DNA from: Kudoa neothunni
Taxonomy: Eukaryota; Animalia; Cnidaria
DNA length: 64,000 bases
Reading direction: 5' to 3'
NCBI GenBank assembly: GCA_964304625.1
Contig: OZ199838.1
Span: 14,937,907 to 15,001,906, forward strand
Shown here: positions 39,137 through 54,000 of the stretch, piece after piece
How the letters are laid out: the number at the start of each line of letters is the position of its first letter
Position numbering within the stretch: the first letter of the stretch is position 1
Notes under the pieces: generated by a model
The model's database searches: none
What the model was told of the DNA's origin: nothing
What the model saw: only the letters and a program-made list of their open reading frames with translations
Made by a program: the position numbers and the translations under genes

Positions 39137-42100
39137 AATCATCGTCGTTCTCCTGTGTTTTTACCTGTTTTATGCTAGTTTTGTATAATATATCACGGCT
39201 GTTTGTCTCACTCTCTCTCAATTATTTATTTTAATACGAATGAGATCGCCCAACCTCTCTCATTATTGTCTAGCTGATCATGAACTTCATGTTTTAAACA
39301 TTTTCATTGTTGATATTGTACATGTTTTCGTTATTCTATTTTCTTTCTCCTCGATTTTTTATATTGCGCAATTTCGCTTATCTTTTTAAAGAAATTTTAT
39401 ACTTTTAATTATAATTATTTAATGACCTTTTATGCAGACTTTGGATTAAATACCAATGTCCGGTACACTGGCTGAGGCGCCAAGAAATTATTTTGTTTGG
39501 AGAGTCATATCGTATGATTCATGATTTATCATTGTCATGTGATTTATTTTTGTGATTATTTCATATGATTCGTTTCTAATTGGATGAAATAAGAATAAAG
39601 AATATCGATAACAGTATATTTTCCAGTGGTATTTGTCGTTACATCCTATCGAGATGAGGGATTAAAATTGTATTTTGTGCTACAATGTTGAATAATCATT
39701 ACTTTTAAGTAGCCAATCCTGAATTCATACATAAACAAACCTGCTACGATTTTTTAATTCTTCACATTTTGGCAATGTAGTTAAGTAACGTATCTAATAA
39801 ATAGAATGTAAACCCCCACATCCCCAAGAAAGGCGTTTTATGACTTAATCTAGTACGGGAAAACGTGGATAAATGAAGTATCCCTAAAACAACGACGTTT
39901 AATTTTGACCTAATTCCTATTCGGCTAGAGTCGGATCATTGGTAATCTACCTTGATTTACAATAAACACAAAAAAATAGAAATTTTTTACTTATAGTCCC
40001 AAAATAAATAATTATTATTCTAATATTTTTCTACTTTATCTTGCATTGGAAACTTTCCAAATAGGCTTGTCCGATATTATGAATAGTGTGGCATTTTACA
40101 TTCTTTATAAATTTTTATTATAATGTTTTTCTTAATATAACAAATGTTAAACGTCAATTATTTACGAAATTGAAACTAACAAAAATTATATTAATCGAGC
40201 ATTAATATTTTGAGTTAAAAAATCAAATAAAATCATAATTAAAAAATGTTATGATGCTTATTTAAACTAAATAAAGATACTAAGTTGGAGAATTATTAGA
40301 AATAAAAAAAACCGGATTTAATTATTTTTATTAATATGGGATTCATTAATAATAAGTTTTACACGAATATTGGATTGTGGCTAAAATTCGAAATTTAATA
40401 ATCTGTTTTATGATTATATTAGAACTTAATATAATTATAAAATAAAATCATTTATAATTTTTATCTATTTTATTATAAATGATTGTTGTATATGAGAGCG
40501 AGTAATCGTCGTCATGCCTAATCGTTTAAACATATGTAAGCATACCAGTTTAGTAATATGATAGTTTGTATCATTTTCATAAATTCAACTATCCTTTAAT
40601 ATTTAGATAATATTTGAAATAGATCATAAGATGGTTTTGGTAGTATTTAAGCTATGAAAACTAAAAGATAAAAGTTCGGAATTCATCGCCGCACAAGTTA
40701 ATTAGAATTTATTCGTTATTGAGCCATTAAAGAACTTTCTTAAGGAGCATAATTATATCGCAAATTACCTTGTATCAAATTAAGCAATAACAATGTGGGG
40801 CCCTTCCACACTTCAACATTCATTGATGTATATAGTCGTTTCTGGCATGCTTCGAGGGTTAAAACATGTTTGTACGGAGGTATAAGTTGGATTCAACCAA
40901 AACTAATTTTTTGAATGATAGTGAGCGCTTCTGAAGACAACGAGATTACAGTATTTCAAGATCAAAATGCAACCAATCTTTTAAAATGATATAATTCTTG
41001 TTGCAAACGTTTTCTACATTCAAAATACATTATTTTTATACCAAAAAACAAATTTTAAACGTGCCCAGCAATAAGTCTGGTCAAAACACACCCTTACCAA
41101 ATCAAAATTGAATTAACATAAATAAGCGGAAATATGTGACATTGCACGTAAGAATGCGAAATAGAATTCTTCTATTCACAGAAATAACTATTATTTGTTT
41201 GATTTCTTATGGAATGCCTCAGAAATATACAAATGAATAAATTGCCGAGTGTAGAGATGTTCACAAATCACCGATTGGGTGAATTTTAAGACGAAATCAA
41301 GATGGTATTTGCTCAGTCATTAAAAATTATTCGTTCAAAGTTTAGTAGATGATGATTGTTTAACAAATTTTGCAAAAATTGTCTTAAAATTAATTTTCCT
41401 ATCACGCTGTGGTCATTGTTTAAATCCAAATGAGATATTTTCTATTATTTGATATCAGTTGGAGGAAACAAAAATTCTTCTGATAATACGAATTATTTAA
41501 TGCTATTACGGAATGACCAACTAAAATTACGCCTAAACAATATTTAAACTACAAAAATTATTCAGACTCATAGTTTAATCATTGTCTAAACTCAGATAAT
41601 ACTGATGACTAAAAATATGTTTCATTTTAAGAAGGTTGCATTTTGATCTTGAAATACTGTAATAACTCCAACGTGCGTCCTCCTGGAATATTTTTGTGGA
41701 ATAGGAGCAAATCAAACTTTACCAACCAAAATTTCACATCGTCCCCCTCAAACGAGCCTGAGTGTGTCACTGCAGAAATTTTAAAGCAAGAAAGGTTAAA
41801 ATGCAGAATAATGACCGCATTTTCCGATTAGAAATTATAATTAGTTCGGATATTAATCCTAGATTTTTTAAATCAAGTTAGTGTGAAATGTATCAAACAT
41901 TCCTCCTAATGGTAGGAATGACTGGATTTCACCCGACAAATTATTTTTTAAATGAAATTCATAAAATTTCTACAATTAATTAGTTAACTGGTATAAAATA
42001 TGGAAAACCTATTCTTACAGACTGAATTAATAATAGGCAATCGCTAAAGTTGAAATATGACAATCGATAAAAAATCATAGTTGTCAAACTCAAATTCTAG

Positions 42101-42913
42101 GATAAATAAGGCATGCTTTACTCGACTGTTTAAAGTTTAAACGATAGGAGCTGTTGAAATAACTGCGAGGGGCTAGCAGTTAAATATATGATAAATTACA
42201 ATAGCTATTATTGATAACAGATAGAGTTCCAAAAGTAACCTAAAGGTGATGAAACAATGGCAAATACAAAAAATTAAAATAAGCAGGGTCGATTATTATT
42301 GTAGTCGATGACTTGGATTACGGTCACTGTTATACTATTTAACTGCAAGAAAATATCATGTAAATCAATTAATAGTATTAATAAGGTAAACTATCTCGTT
42401 CTTACTAAGTCGATTAATTTTTGTATGGAGAGGTTATTATCGATATTGGTCTCTCCGAATAATTGTAAAAATGTTTTTGGCATGTAATGAAATATTCTAA
42501 AATCCTGAACATTATACTTCGCCCTCAACAGTAAATATGACAATATGTGCGACGTTCCGTCCATATATTACTTCCTTAATTTTCGGTTAGTATAAATAAT
42601 TATCCTGTAAAATGATTTAAAACGAATAAATATACTATTATGAATTTATCGCATCCGTTATTAATAAACATAAAACATTACGAGACGTAAAATAACTAAT
42701 GTACATATGAATGGTCTGCTATTGTATTATATAATATGAGTGTCAGGCGCATAAATTTTTATAATGAATACAGTGTAGGTTTAACGAATCGATAAAGTAT
42801 TTTAATATAAAGGATTTCATGATAGTCGGCATGAAGGAAAAAAATTATGAAATTATTAAACTCAAATCTGATGACATTAATATAGGTTCGATCGTAATAG
42901 TGAACTATATAAA

Positions 42914-45900
42914 TTATTGTGAAGATGTAAGTTTGTTCCACATAGCCGTATCGATAGCGTCAGAGGAGTCTTTTCTTAGATGCATAAATATGTAACCACC
43001 AACGTATTCGTGTAGAATGCTAATTTCACAATGGGGCAATGCAACATATATGGACTCATCGCTGAATTTCAAAACTTCCTGTTTATTGCTCCAGTTGATA
43101 CTCCATTGTTTCAATTTGGAAAGAGGCCACTCTTTGACCACTTCGCCACTTTTGGAATTCATCCTGTAGAATGACGAACTAGAAATGCCCACAATTTCCT
43201 AAAAAAATAAATTGATAATAAATTATTGATTTCTCTTATCCAGCCATAACGATGTTCTCGGAAATAATTTTAGCAAAATACAATACAGTGGGATTATAAA
43301 GATCTTTCTCATCAATGTCACCCATCATTAATATTTATTATAATAAATACTATCATTATCCACAGGAAAGTAAAATAGGATTATAGCGTTTTGATGGAAA
43401 CTCGTATGTGGTCAGGAACAACAGTTATTTTAAGCATCTTGATTCTACAATGGAATATTTGCTATACTCATGTTCATTACAAAGCTTGTGCTCATAGTAT
43501 CTACATTTATACTTTATATATTGTTAATTAGGTCTTTCTAATATCAAATAGGAAAATTTTCTTCGCATCCCCAAGATGTGAGTGTGGCTGAATGTGAGAG
43601 CAAACCTTGTAGTCTTAAAAGAGGGGTAACCGTGACAGGAGTTGTGCCATTTAAATCACACATAAAAACACGATCAGCTCGTTTAAATGTTCACATAAAG
43701 CCAGGAATTTGGTTTATAGGAAGTCACCTAAGTGTGAATGCCTGTTGTAAAAAGTGTTCTCTGCGATGCCCCATCCAAACCAACTCCACTAGTCGATACT
43801 ATATCCGTCTTCATATTCCAATTATCGTCCCAAGAGTACATTATTTTTTGTCAATTTAAGTGTGTGATAATTGGATATATTAATTAAGAAAAATTACAGG
43901 ATTCATTTCGAGCTGAATGGGGATAAAAATACTTTGTTGCATTGTTGGGATATGGATGTTAATCTCCATTAAAACAATTAGCTATTTCAACTTATATTAA
44001 TCAAAATTTTGAACGATTATAGTTTGTTTTCGAGATCTTTTAATTGCAAATATCGGGAGATAAAACTTACTTCTTTTTTGGAAAATTCTTCTTTGGGGAA
44101 AATCGCACTTAAAGTAATCATATCAAAGTGTTTTATTCCCATCCATTTTCTAATAAAACTCAACATTGTATCTTCGAGATTTAATTTGAAGCAATTTTCC
44201 TGTTCGATAAATATTTGATCACTAACCTAAATTTAAAGATAAATATAAAATTCTATTCCGACCAGTCTTTATCATTATTTGGATGGCAGACTTCGGCATT
44301 TAAATGTTAAAATTAATGAATTACTTCATCTCTTGATTTCTTCTTGAAGTAATTTTTGGGAAAAAGGTCGTCAATAGAAACATAATTCTAAATTGAGGGC
44401 TATTTTTTTAAGAGAACTATAAAGACTAACCACAATAGTAGGATTGGGGCTTTTTGTGGGATTTTCTTCGCAAGAATGCTTTAGTTTTACTAGCGCTTTT
44501 GTACAACCAGATGACAAGTCGTAATAAGGATGGTTAACGCTAATATTTTTGCATGCATATCTAAGAGCAGGCAACCACGAGATAAACGTCTCTGCGACAC
44601 TGGTGTGTAGTGTAATTGATTTGAATGAACATTTTTCGTCCAGATTATCTGGAAATTGATTGATTATAATTCGGTATGTTTCTCTGGACGGTTTAATCAA
44701 CCATTTAATTTTTGCACCTAAAACGGAAGTGTTAAAGATATCTCTTATTTTCTGTTAAAATTTGATTGGAAAATAATGCAAAAACTCTCATTTTAACACG
44801 ATAAATATATAAAACAATAGAAAACAACTGATCAATACCTTTCATTTCCATCTCATGAACCTCAGCCTTGTCATCCTTTAGACAGGTCACTTGTAAACGA
44901 GTTCCTATTGAAGAATCGATACACCAATTATAGCATGGAATATATATACCTATAAGTGAACATCTACTTATTTTCAGTTTAACTTTGTTGTTGCTGCATC
45001 TATGATTAGAAAATATAGATTAAATTCTATAATTCTATAATAAGTTAAAATTGCACAGCTTGTAATGTAAATAACTGAAAAATTTTTAGAGTGATATTAG
45101 ATATTCAAACAATTAATATTTTACTTGACAACTTCAAATTCTTCCACTATATTTGTAGTGACACCGGAAGCTTGCTCTAATCGACTGTAATCCCTCTCAA
45201 GTTTGCTTTCTAGACGTTCGATAGCGGCATCAATATCGTCATCCTCCAAATCCTCATTGGCCTCTTCGCTACTGATATAGATCTCCTTTTTTCTGAGGAT
45301 AAAAATATGCCACGCCATAGCGGCAAAATGTGTTAGACTTTCGTCAGAAACACTGACTTCTTGATTATGTAAAGCCCAAAATGCATGCATAAATATTTGC
45401 GTTATTCGAGGAAGCTCCACCTGGCATCATCCATTTGTTAACATAGTTTATATAGAGATGAATTACCTTTTTATCATGATCGAGAAATTTGTAATATTTG
45501 AAACGTAACATGAGAGTATCATTTTCTTCAACTCCCTTTTTCAATACCCATAAATAAGCTTCATTCAAATATTAACAAATAGTTACCTGCTGCTTTAAAG
45601 TTGTGTGTGTATCAATCCAACTAAATAATGCGTTACTCATACACCATTTAATAGAATTCGTCTAGATGTTACCTATTGTAAAAATGACACCATTTGTAAT
45701 TATCATTTATGCCATCCGAAAACTCCTTTTCTAATTCATTATCCATTTTATAGTTGATTCTTGAAGTGACTGCTTTGGCGTATGAGGGATTGTCCATATG
45801 ATGAACGTCCCCATTTACAGGAATGCAGGTTTCGAAAAGCACTTTGGTTGAAGCTTTTTGAAATTTTCTTAGGGATAATTCTTCAAAACATCTAATTTGC

Positions 45901-46355
45901 AATTTATCACAAATTTGCTTTATGCTGTTAAATGCCTATGACACAATTAAGAACAGATATAGCATCGGAATATTACCCTTGTCGAGATACACACTTCCAA
46001 CACTACAACTTCCATACTTGGAAGAACAATATTAAGATTGACCCAACTTTTTAGCAAATGAAGCACGGTTTCATTCTTCAAATCATATCCTACTAATGTT
46101 TGTCTTTTATTTGTTAACCATTCCTTTTTCTTCGGATTCCATAGATCGAACTTATTCACAGGAATTTTTTTTTCTAGCCATTAATTACCATAAAGTAATG
46201 ACTTTATATTTTTTTAAAATACTTAAATGGTTGGCTAATTCAACAACTACAGTACCAATCGTCATCAATGGGTTAAGTTGTAATTCGGCTGTAGAATTGT
46301 CAAAATCTGGAACGACAATTTTGATTGTCCATTTTCTATCATCCGCAGCTTCCAT
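42914..46355 (-). CDS. FERMT: Kindlin/fermitin (UNC-112) FERM-PH integrin co-activator, multi-exon
   Basis: F0 (WTIKIVV..LWNPKKKEWL), F1 (ICDKLQIRCFEELSL, WID..QQGVEENDTLMLRFKYY), F2 (RITQIF..FAAMAWHI, DIDAAIERLE), PH, and F3 with the KQWSINW and HEYVGGYIF motifs. Last intron is 43199-44070. Confidence 0.92.
43394..43972 (+). CDS. NPC2: NPC2-like ML-domain sterol/lipid-binding protein (156 aa), nested antisense in the kindlin intron; exons 43394-43496, 43552-43835, 43889-43972
   Basis: Spliced product is a signal peptide followed by VHYKAC...VSVAECESKPCSLKRG...F.S...NACCKKCSLRCPIQ...IVPR|KNYRIHFELNGDKNTLLHCWDMDVNLH*. It is collinear with NPC2 (VQFKDC, VSPC..PC.L.KG, CPIQ, DDKNQSLFCW). Introns are 55 and 53 nt GT-AG, and the 471-nt product is open. 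Confidence 0.85.
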
Positions 46356-47299
46356 TCTGTTTTAGAAAATCGAAATCGGAAATTGGATCAAATGAAATTA
46401 TAACCCCACAAAATCTCTTTAAATTTCTTATAAGGCTTCGGTTATCGTCCACTTAGATTATCATGATTATTATTATCGCCGAAACATACGTATTATGCGC
46501 TCGGTTTTATTTCTCCAAAATAATAAGAATACAGACGAATTCTGTATAAATATCACTTTTTAATCAACATTATTAAAAAATAATCTTTAAAAATATAAAT
46601 TTACGGAATATTCAAAGATGTATTTTTTTTAATTACAATGAATTATCATTTCATAGTATCTATTATTTGGTCGTTGTCAATGTTATATTTCATTAAAAAA
46701 AGAAATAAAAAACTAGTTTATTTTCATTAGATTAAGTATAATTTTTATTTTTTACTAAAAATAGAATTTCCATTTTTTCAGCGCGTTATAAATAATGTCG
46801 GTTATATTTTTAAATGAACAGACTTAAGATTATTTTTGCTTAAATTGTGTCTCATTTTCTATTCAAAAAATAAATTTTTAAATGCAAGGTTATGAAAATA
46901 CGGCCGTAGGACACGACTTATAAATATATCGTTTTTCTTTGAAAATAAAATAAGGTCATTAATTATACATTAGGTAATCTATTTTCCGTAGTGACCGATT
47001 TTCGGTAGCTTCGGAGTTTCTTCCGTTAAAATATTGTTTTAATGTTTAAACCATATATTTGATTTTATTCTTAGGCCTTAATAATAATTCACAAAAATTT
47101 TCAAAATTGAACATTTAAAAGTGGAGGTTTTCACATTATTAGCGTTTAACCGATTTTCCGTAACTTTTCAGCGCTAGACGGATTTAGTGATGTGCCTTTT
47201 TTTACATTTATAATGTCTGAAAAAGTTAAAAATGAGGAAAAAATATAAATTTATTGATTTTTTTAAGTATACTAAACAGGAGTGCAAAAATACTACTTT

Positions 47300-48450
47300 T
47301 AGTAAATTTTAGCTCTTCTATTACTACTCTAGATATCATCTTGATTAGGAAGAAAGCTATAGTTTTATCTTATAAACTGGTTTGGCTACTTAGAGAGAAA
47401 AAATTTAAAACAGTATTCAAATAATGACATCGATACTATAGTATATGACTAGGTGAATTATTTGAGATAAAAAAATTGAGCTATCTGATCATGATACGTA
47501 CACGAAACAAACCAATTGACAAAATAATTGAACCTAAGCGTAGTTACGATCCATGATTGTTTCGTGGTTTTGAATCGCGATTTGTTTCAAAAATATCACT
47601 GTTTATGTTGACTAAAGTTTTGCAGAAAATTGGTAATCTAAATTGAATGACTAAGTCAAAGGTAACAACGATGACTGTATCAATAACCTTGAAGAAACTA
47701 CACTATTTTATTAACAACATAGAGATCTATTATTTTTAATGCTATGTTTCGTCGAGAGAAAAAAATCTAAAAAATAGTTACTGTTTTGCGGCTTGCATCT
47801 ACGCGGGGAGGTTCCATTGAATCTCTTATGATTGGAAATCACAAAAACCATGTTGTTTTAAAAATGCTAAATAAAACATTTCTAGTAAATACAAATCAAA
47901 AAGGAAAAAATGGATGACTAGGGAATCATTTAAGAAATATATTCCTAATTTAAGAATGAATTCAAAACGACGTACAAGAAAGTTTTGCTACTTGCCACGA
48001 CAAAATTCATTTATCGAGTATCTCTCTTATATTCCTTACAAAAAATTCAACTTACAAAAAAAATTTAATAGAAAGCCATATTGCTGCAGTTAGTAGTGAT
48101 ATAAATACATCCTCCCAACGTATGCTTCAAACATTGTTCCTAATTATAAATAATGGAACAGTGTTTCAAAGGATATTGTATTTAACTGATTTAGAAAATA
48201 TGAGTTTCCTGCAGCCGATAAATACGAGCGTTCATTAAACATTAATTTAAGCAATAAAGAATTCTCAGTTGGAAATTCTGAGATTATTCAAGAGGAAGTC
48301 ATTATGCCTACATCAAAACACTTTAACGAGATTGCTTCTTTGATTGTTGAATCTGCGGATTCTGAAACCGAAGATTTAGGAAAGGCAGAATTTATATCAG
48401 AAAAAGATGTACTTAAATTTTGAAACAAGCAGAGTAGATATACAATAGAG
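47300..48450 (+). pseudogene. Highly decayed pogo/Tigger transposase relic; boundaries approximate
   Basis: Fragments INNLEETTLFY, VTVL, KSQKPCCFKN and KWMT occur in the expected order. Confidence 0.55.
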
Positions 48451-48662
48451 GGGAATTGATTATCTAAACGAAATGATCACTTAAGATGATAAAATTACGA
48501 CATACGTCTTTAAAAATATGAATATAAATAACATATTATTTCAATAAAAGGAGATAAACGTATAAATTAAATTAATTTCTTTAAAATAGGCATATCTTTT
48601 TATTATTTACAAAACACAAAAAAACCCCAATCTGCTTTTTCAAGTTTAATCATATTTTAGAG

Positions 48663-48839
48663 CAGCGCTTCTCAATTAAAATGGAACTCTTATCCCACCC
48701 CCATTCGATGAAAACGAAAATCGCACCCTTTGCGTACGATAACATGCAACTTGCTCAAAATTACCCAATAATTACTTTATATTGTGATCGAATCTCGCAC
48801 CCAAAGCCCATAGTTTGATTATCCTGTAAGGAACCACTG
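48663..48839. mobile_element. Short hAT-like MITE
   Basis: Termini CAGCGCTTCTC / GGAACCACTG, with flanks TTTTAGAG / TTTTAAAA. Confidence 0.4.
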
Positions 48840-48899
48840 TTTTAAAAGAAATACCAAATGAATTTTGAGTTGAGAAGCTATTAGTGCTTACTCAATATA

Positions 48900-50130
48900 C
48901 CTCCCTGTCCGAAGCGAGGTCCATTAGGGACCCAACATCATCATTTTTCGTGTTATTTTGAGTAAACCATTGATTTCTTAATTGTTCCAGGAATGCCTCT
49001 ATAAGGTAAAAAAAGTTCGTATAATAACCATAATTTTTTTCTAAATTAAAAAATACGCATCGGAGATCATATTTATAAATATTATTTAACTTATTTTTAA
49101 GCCATATATATGTAATGTTAATTAATATATACTTCGAGTTAATAGGGGATTAGCGACAACTAATCCGTATGTGCTGGGCTGGTAGGCTCTTGTTTCTCTA
49201 AAGAATCTGTGTTTATCGACAATAAACTAGTTCCTGATTCATCATATGCAATATAACTATTAGAATGTTTGTGTACCATCCGGGGATTCCGTATTTGTTA
49301 TACAATGTAAAATAAATAGTACGACCTATCAACAGTTTATGAAATAGCCATTATTATTTTTATCGAGTATATAATCTTAATTAAATCATCATGTGATTAT
49401 TAATTCTTGATATCGACATTTATGTGATACGAATTATTCGCATAGGAGCGTTATACGTATGTTCCGCCAGTTTTCCAAGTATCAATACCAAAATATTTAA
49501 AAAAACTCAGGTTACTTAAAAAATAAACTCTTTAACGTAATCATACTAACTCCTAAATACGAAAATAAATTAAAAAATAGTTCGTAAAAACATAAGGGAA
49601 TACAGCGTTTAAAAATGTAGATGAATTGCTAAGCACTGTACATTTTATGATTTTTTTATTTTATTTTTGAAGAAATTAAGACAATGTGAGTTTTTCCAAT
49701 ATTAATTTCTCTGAAATCTAGGAGTAGAGTAGAAGCGCGGCTACATTTCCCACTTCCGAAGTCTGATAATTTCTACAGAATGGCACCTAATTAGGGCCAT
49801 GTTTTATCGTCATCATCAATTAATTTTTTTGGAGCCTAATCGGATAAATTAGATTTTTATTTAATTCAGACATCTTCGAAACCTTTACTGCTGAAATTTA
49901 TGCGCTGATTTTATCCCAATGGTCCAACACAATAAGTTCATCTTGGCCTCGTATCTGCATTTATAGTTACCGGAGAAAATTATATTTTGTTTCTGTACTT
50001 TAAATGTTTTCAAATAACATCACGTTAGTTTCGTAATAATTGATGGCGTTTAAGGCCGATTTAAAAAAGGGTTCCAAATTGACCCCATCGGCACATGTTT
50101 AGTTTTTTCGTACACAATACGAGGAGGGAT
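48900..50130. mobile_element. Degenerate piggyBac-like element
   Basis: Ends CCTCC..GGTCC..GACCC and GGGTTCC..GACCCC..GGAGGG. The right end resembles the orphan end at 29345-29410. Confidence 0.35.
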
Positions 50131-51007
50131 ATACATTCAAAATTACGTTAGAATTTATTTTCGAAGAAATTTAGTTGTAATATTACATTATCGGATCATG
50201 AAATGCCTCAAGCGAAAATATTGGCTGACTATTATTTCATTAATATATTTTTCAATCTTATTCTGATCTTTATTACCCTTCCGCAGAGTTTAGAAAATCT
50301 ACTTTTAATTTTTCTTTGTGACTTAAAAACGCAAATAAATGCCGTAATATTTATTTTCAAGGTGAATATGTTTCTTTTATCTCAAAAACTAAATTATACG
50401 CGATATATTGGATCATTATTTAATAAGTTACAGTTTGAGGACAACATTATTTTAAGACAATAGAACTCGTGATAAATTTCAGCTCACAACTACTTTTTGA
50501 AGTAATCATAATAATAAATGAAGAACAATTTTATAAAAAATAGACTTAGTTTAATAAATTATAGCTCGAAAAGAATAAAATTCAAAAATTAGAATTTTCT
50601 CCTTGTATGTAACAAGTTTTGATAAAAATATTAATTTAACCGTGTACATTTCTATAAGCTAAAAAAGAATAAAATGGAATAATAAATTTTTTATTTTAAT
50701 AACAAATTAATGTTTAATTGTTTATCAAGGAATACAATTTGGTAATTATAAGTTTGAGTCGGAATGAAAATCCTAAAATAGTTAATTAAATGAACATTTG
50801 TGTTACCATGGAAAGTGTGTTAGACAGTTATTGATTTTAATGGTCAACTTAATTTTATAAATTAGTTAATTGAGAGTCACGTTTTTCTTGGTTCACATAA
50901 CAATACAAATTAATTGCTAATATCACACTGGTTATTTGGATAATTGTTAACGTGTTTTCGTGACTCGTGCCATCTATTAACTTAATCAATGTGATAACTA
51001 GTTAAAA

Positions 51008-54000
51008 ATGGCAGTTGTTGAGGTGACATCCACCGAATCAGAAAGTGACTCTAAAATTTGCTTGGATCCAAAAGAAACTCCCCTCAAAAATAATTGGTTT
51101 GATTTTGAGTTATTGAATCTACCTCAGAGTTGTATCGAGAGAATTCTTCAATTTACTCCGCTACATGGCCTGGCTAATTTGTGTCACTGTGATAGATATA
51201 CGAATCAGATGATAGTTGATTATTCGGTTTCACAACACAACTTTGAATGTTTTTCGCGGAGTTTAACTGATGCAACAATTGAAACCGATAAGGAGGGTGT
51301 AATAGCGTTAGAATTCTACCGAAAAATTGGTACCTATCTAAAACACATGACTATTTTTAAACAATTGATGAGAAACTCGAGCTACTAGGACGCTATTTCA
51401 ACAAAGTAAATCCATTACAATCTTTTGATTTATACGGAGCTATTGGAGGCGTCTTCATTTTAATTATAGTTGACCAATATACACACAAAAATTTGCGTCA
51501 AATACGGTTGTGCAGTAGCATACCGGTGCTATGGCCAACTTATTCATAGTATGATAGACTCCTGGAGTTATGACGACAAAGAAAGGCGCTATTGTTTATA
51601 ATAGGTCAATTTTTTTGGTTGGTGAGAGTCCGCATATAATTTATGGGATTAAGATTCTACTTGCTTTGAAGCTAGATTCCAGTATATTGCAAGCAAATGG
51701 GTTACCAATAGGTGTCGTGAACAAAGTGACAATAATGTCATCCTATTCGAAATGTATATTGTTTTTGGCGGTGGTAAAATTGTTTATTGAGTCATTCACT
51801 GATTTTTTAGATACATAAGAACTTTGTTACGCGGGCTGTTTATCGATTGCGATTCGAATCATTCACATGGCCCCAATGCATTAGATGGTTAGGTTTACTG
51901 TTGTCAGTGTATGCTCATGAATTGCAAGCGCGTCTGATGGTAATTATGTTCGTTCAACTCACTTACAGGATAGTTCCACGCAACGAACCATGCTTTTTTA
52001 TCGACCTGGATAGCTCTTGAATTGAACCAAAATGAAAAACCCATATCTGAAAATTGTCATGTTTCTAGTATTGCTACGATCCTCGCACACTCTAATCAAC
52101 GGAACAACTGATCAAACGACCAACGCCATTAATGAAAGTGATAAAGATATTATCGCATTCGACAATTGGGTCGAATTAGTCACTACCCTCACTAGTATTA
52201 CTCCGTTGTTATGCATAATATTTATCCGAATTATTAGTCAGATATGATATTAATACTCAGCGCGAGGACAAAATGAGCAAATATCTCGATTAATTAGCTA
52301 AAGTTGAATTTTTAGAAACATTCGCGAAAAGATTTAACCTTTATTCTTATTTAATGTATGTAGAAAACAATTAGATTTGAATTTGTAATATCAAAACAAT
52401 AACAGTAGTTGCGCGTTAGCCAATTAATATTGCTTATTTACTGTATGCAGCAACAATGAGATATGAATTAGCAATGATACAGAAACAACAATAATTGAAA
52501 ATTAGCTAATTAATTAATATTGTTTAGTTATTGCATATAGCAGGGGTCTCCAAACTTGCCCAGATCGGGAGCCACAAGGCATTAAAATCATTTATATACC
52601 TCTTCCTTATTTAAAACTTACATTTTTGGAAAACTTTTGGTAAATATTAAGATCAAATATTCTAGAGTTATAAATAAAGGTTTTTTAATTTTTTTCTCAT
52701 TCAATGAATCGCTGAAAAACTTACATATAATTTTTACAGGTATAATTTATTATGGTTTTTCTAAAAAGGTAAATTTGTAGTTAATGGTCTAAGAAACCTT
52801 TTCTCTGTGAAAAATGTCGCAAAAATGATAAAATATTTTCCATATTTAATCATGTATGGTAGTCTGACAATAAGTAAAATTAAATATTTACAAAAAAAGT
52901 AATAACACAAGAATTTAATGCTTTTGACAAAATTCTGTTAGAAATTGTTTCTAGTGTTTCAAGTTTTTTATGTTTCCATATTATCAGTGAGTTGACGGTA
53001 ATCTGGTTCATATGCTGTTAACGCTGGACTAAATAATTCCATTGGGTGTTTGTTTGTTTGTGAGGATGGGATCCGCGATGTTTCGATTTTAAAAATTTCA
53101 TCGTTGAATAAATAAACTCACAACAATAAGTTGTTCCAAAGATAGAAAAAAGTTGGAGGCGAATTTCTTTTAACTTTGAATATTTAGTTTCTAGAACGTA
53201 TTTCCACAATTCCTTTGGTGAGTTGGAATTATAAATCATGTTTAAAGTTTTAATACGTGTTTTATTCTTTCGATATCTACCACTTTTGAAATGGATAAAC
53301 ATTAATTCTAATTTGCATCAAATATAAAAACTATCAAGAAGTTTGTAATCATGTTTTCGAGTCAAAACTATTATCTAGTTTACGATTAAAGAGTTCATTT
53401 GTTCACTTAATTAAATAGTTACAACTTTGCATTTATCTGAATTAACGGGTTGGTTGAATTAAAAAAAATTAAACTCAACAAAATTTTTTTACAAGAGTCA
53501 CGATTTGGCCGTCCCTGGTATATAGCAACAATTAGAATTGAATCAGCAATGATAACACAATAACATTAGCAGCGCATTAGTTAGCTAATAATTATTTCCA
53601 CATCTAAATTAGCCTGAGTATAATCCCCTAGAATTATTTTAGATTATAATATGTAGGCGAATATCATCTACAGAAAATTAGATTAATCTATGAGTTAATA
53701 TTAAAGAATCTGCTTCCTTGAGCTACATTAAAAAAAGGTTAACATACTATAAATCAGTTAAACAAATTTACTCACAGATTAGAACTTTCTAGAGAATTTA
53801 ATAAAAAATTAATATTCCTAACAATCACATAAATTAGACGTAATTTAGAGTGTCCCAATCAATGGAGTATAGAAGCTGAGACATGTTTTTTGTCAAAACT
53901 ACCAGTTGGTTTACTGGCAGAATACCTATCTAGACGATACTACATGCATACAATTGAAATGTCGCACATAGTAGACATGATAATGCTTATACAAGTGGTA

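Noticed and set aside
39200-42700. Possible gene or RNA between SMEK and kindlin
   Set aside because: Only scattered piggyBac-like ends (for example GAGGG|TTAA near 40860) were visible. No coherent exon chain, tRNA or rRNA could be supported.
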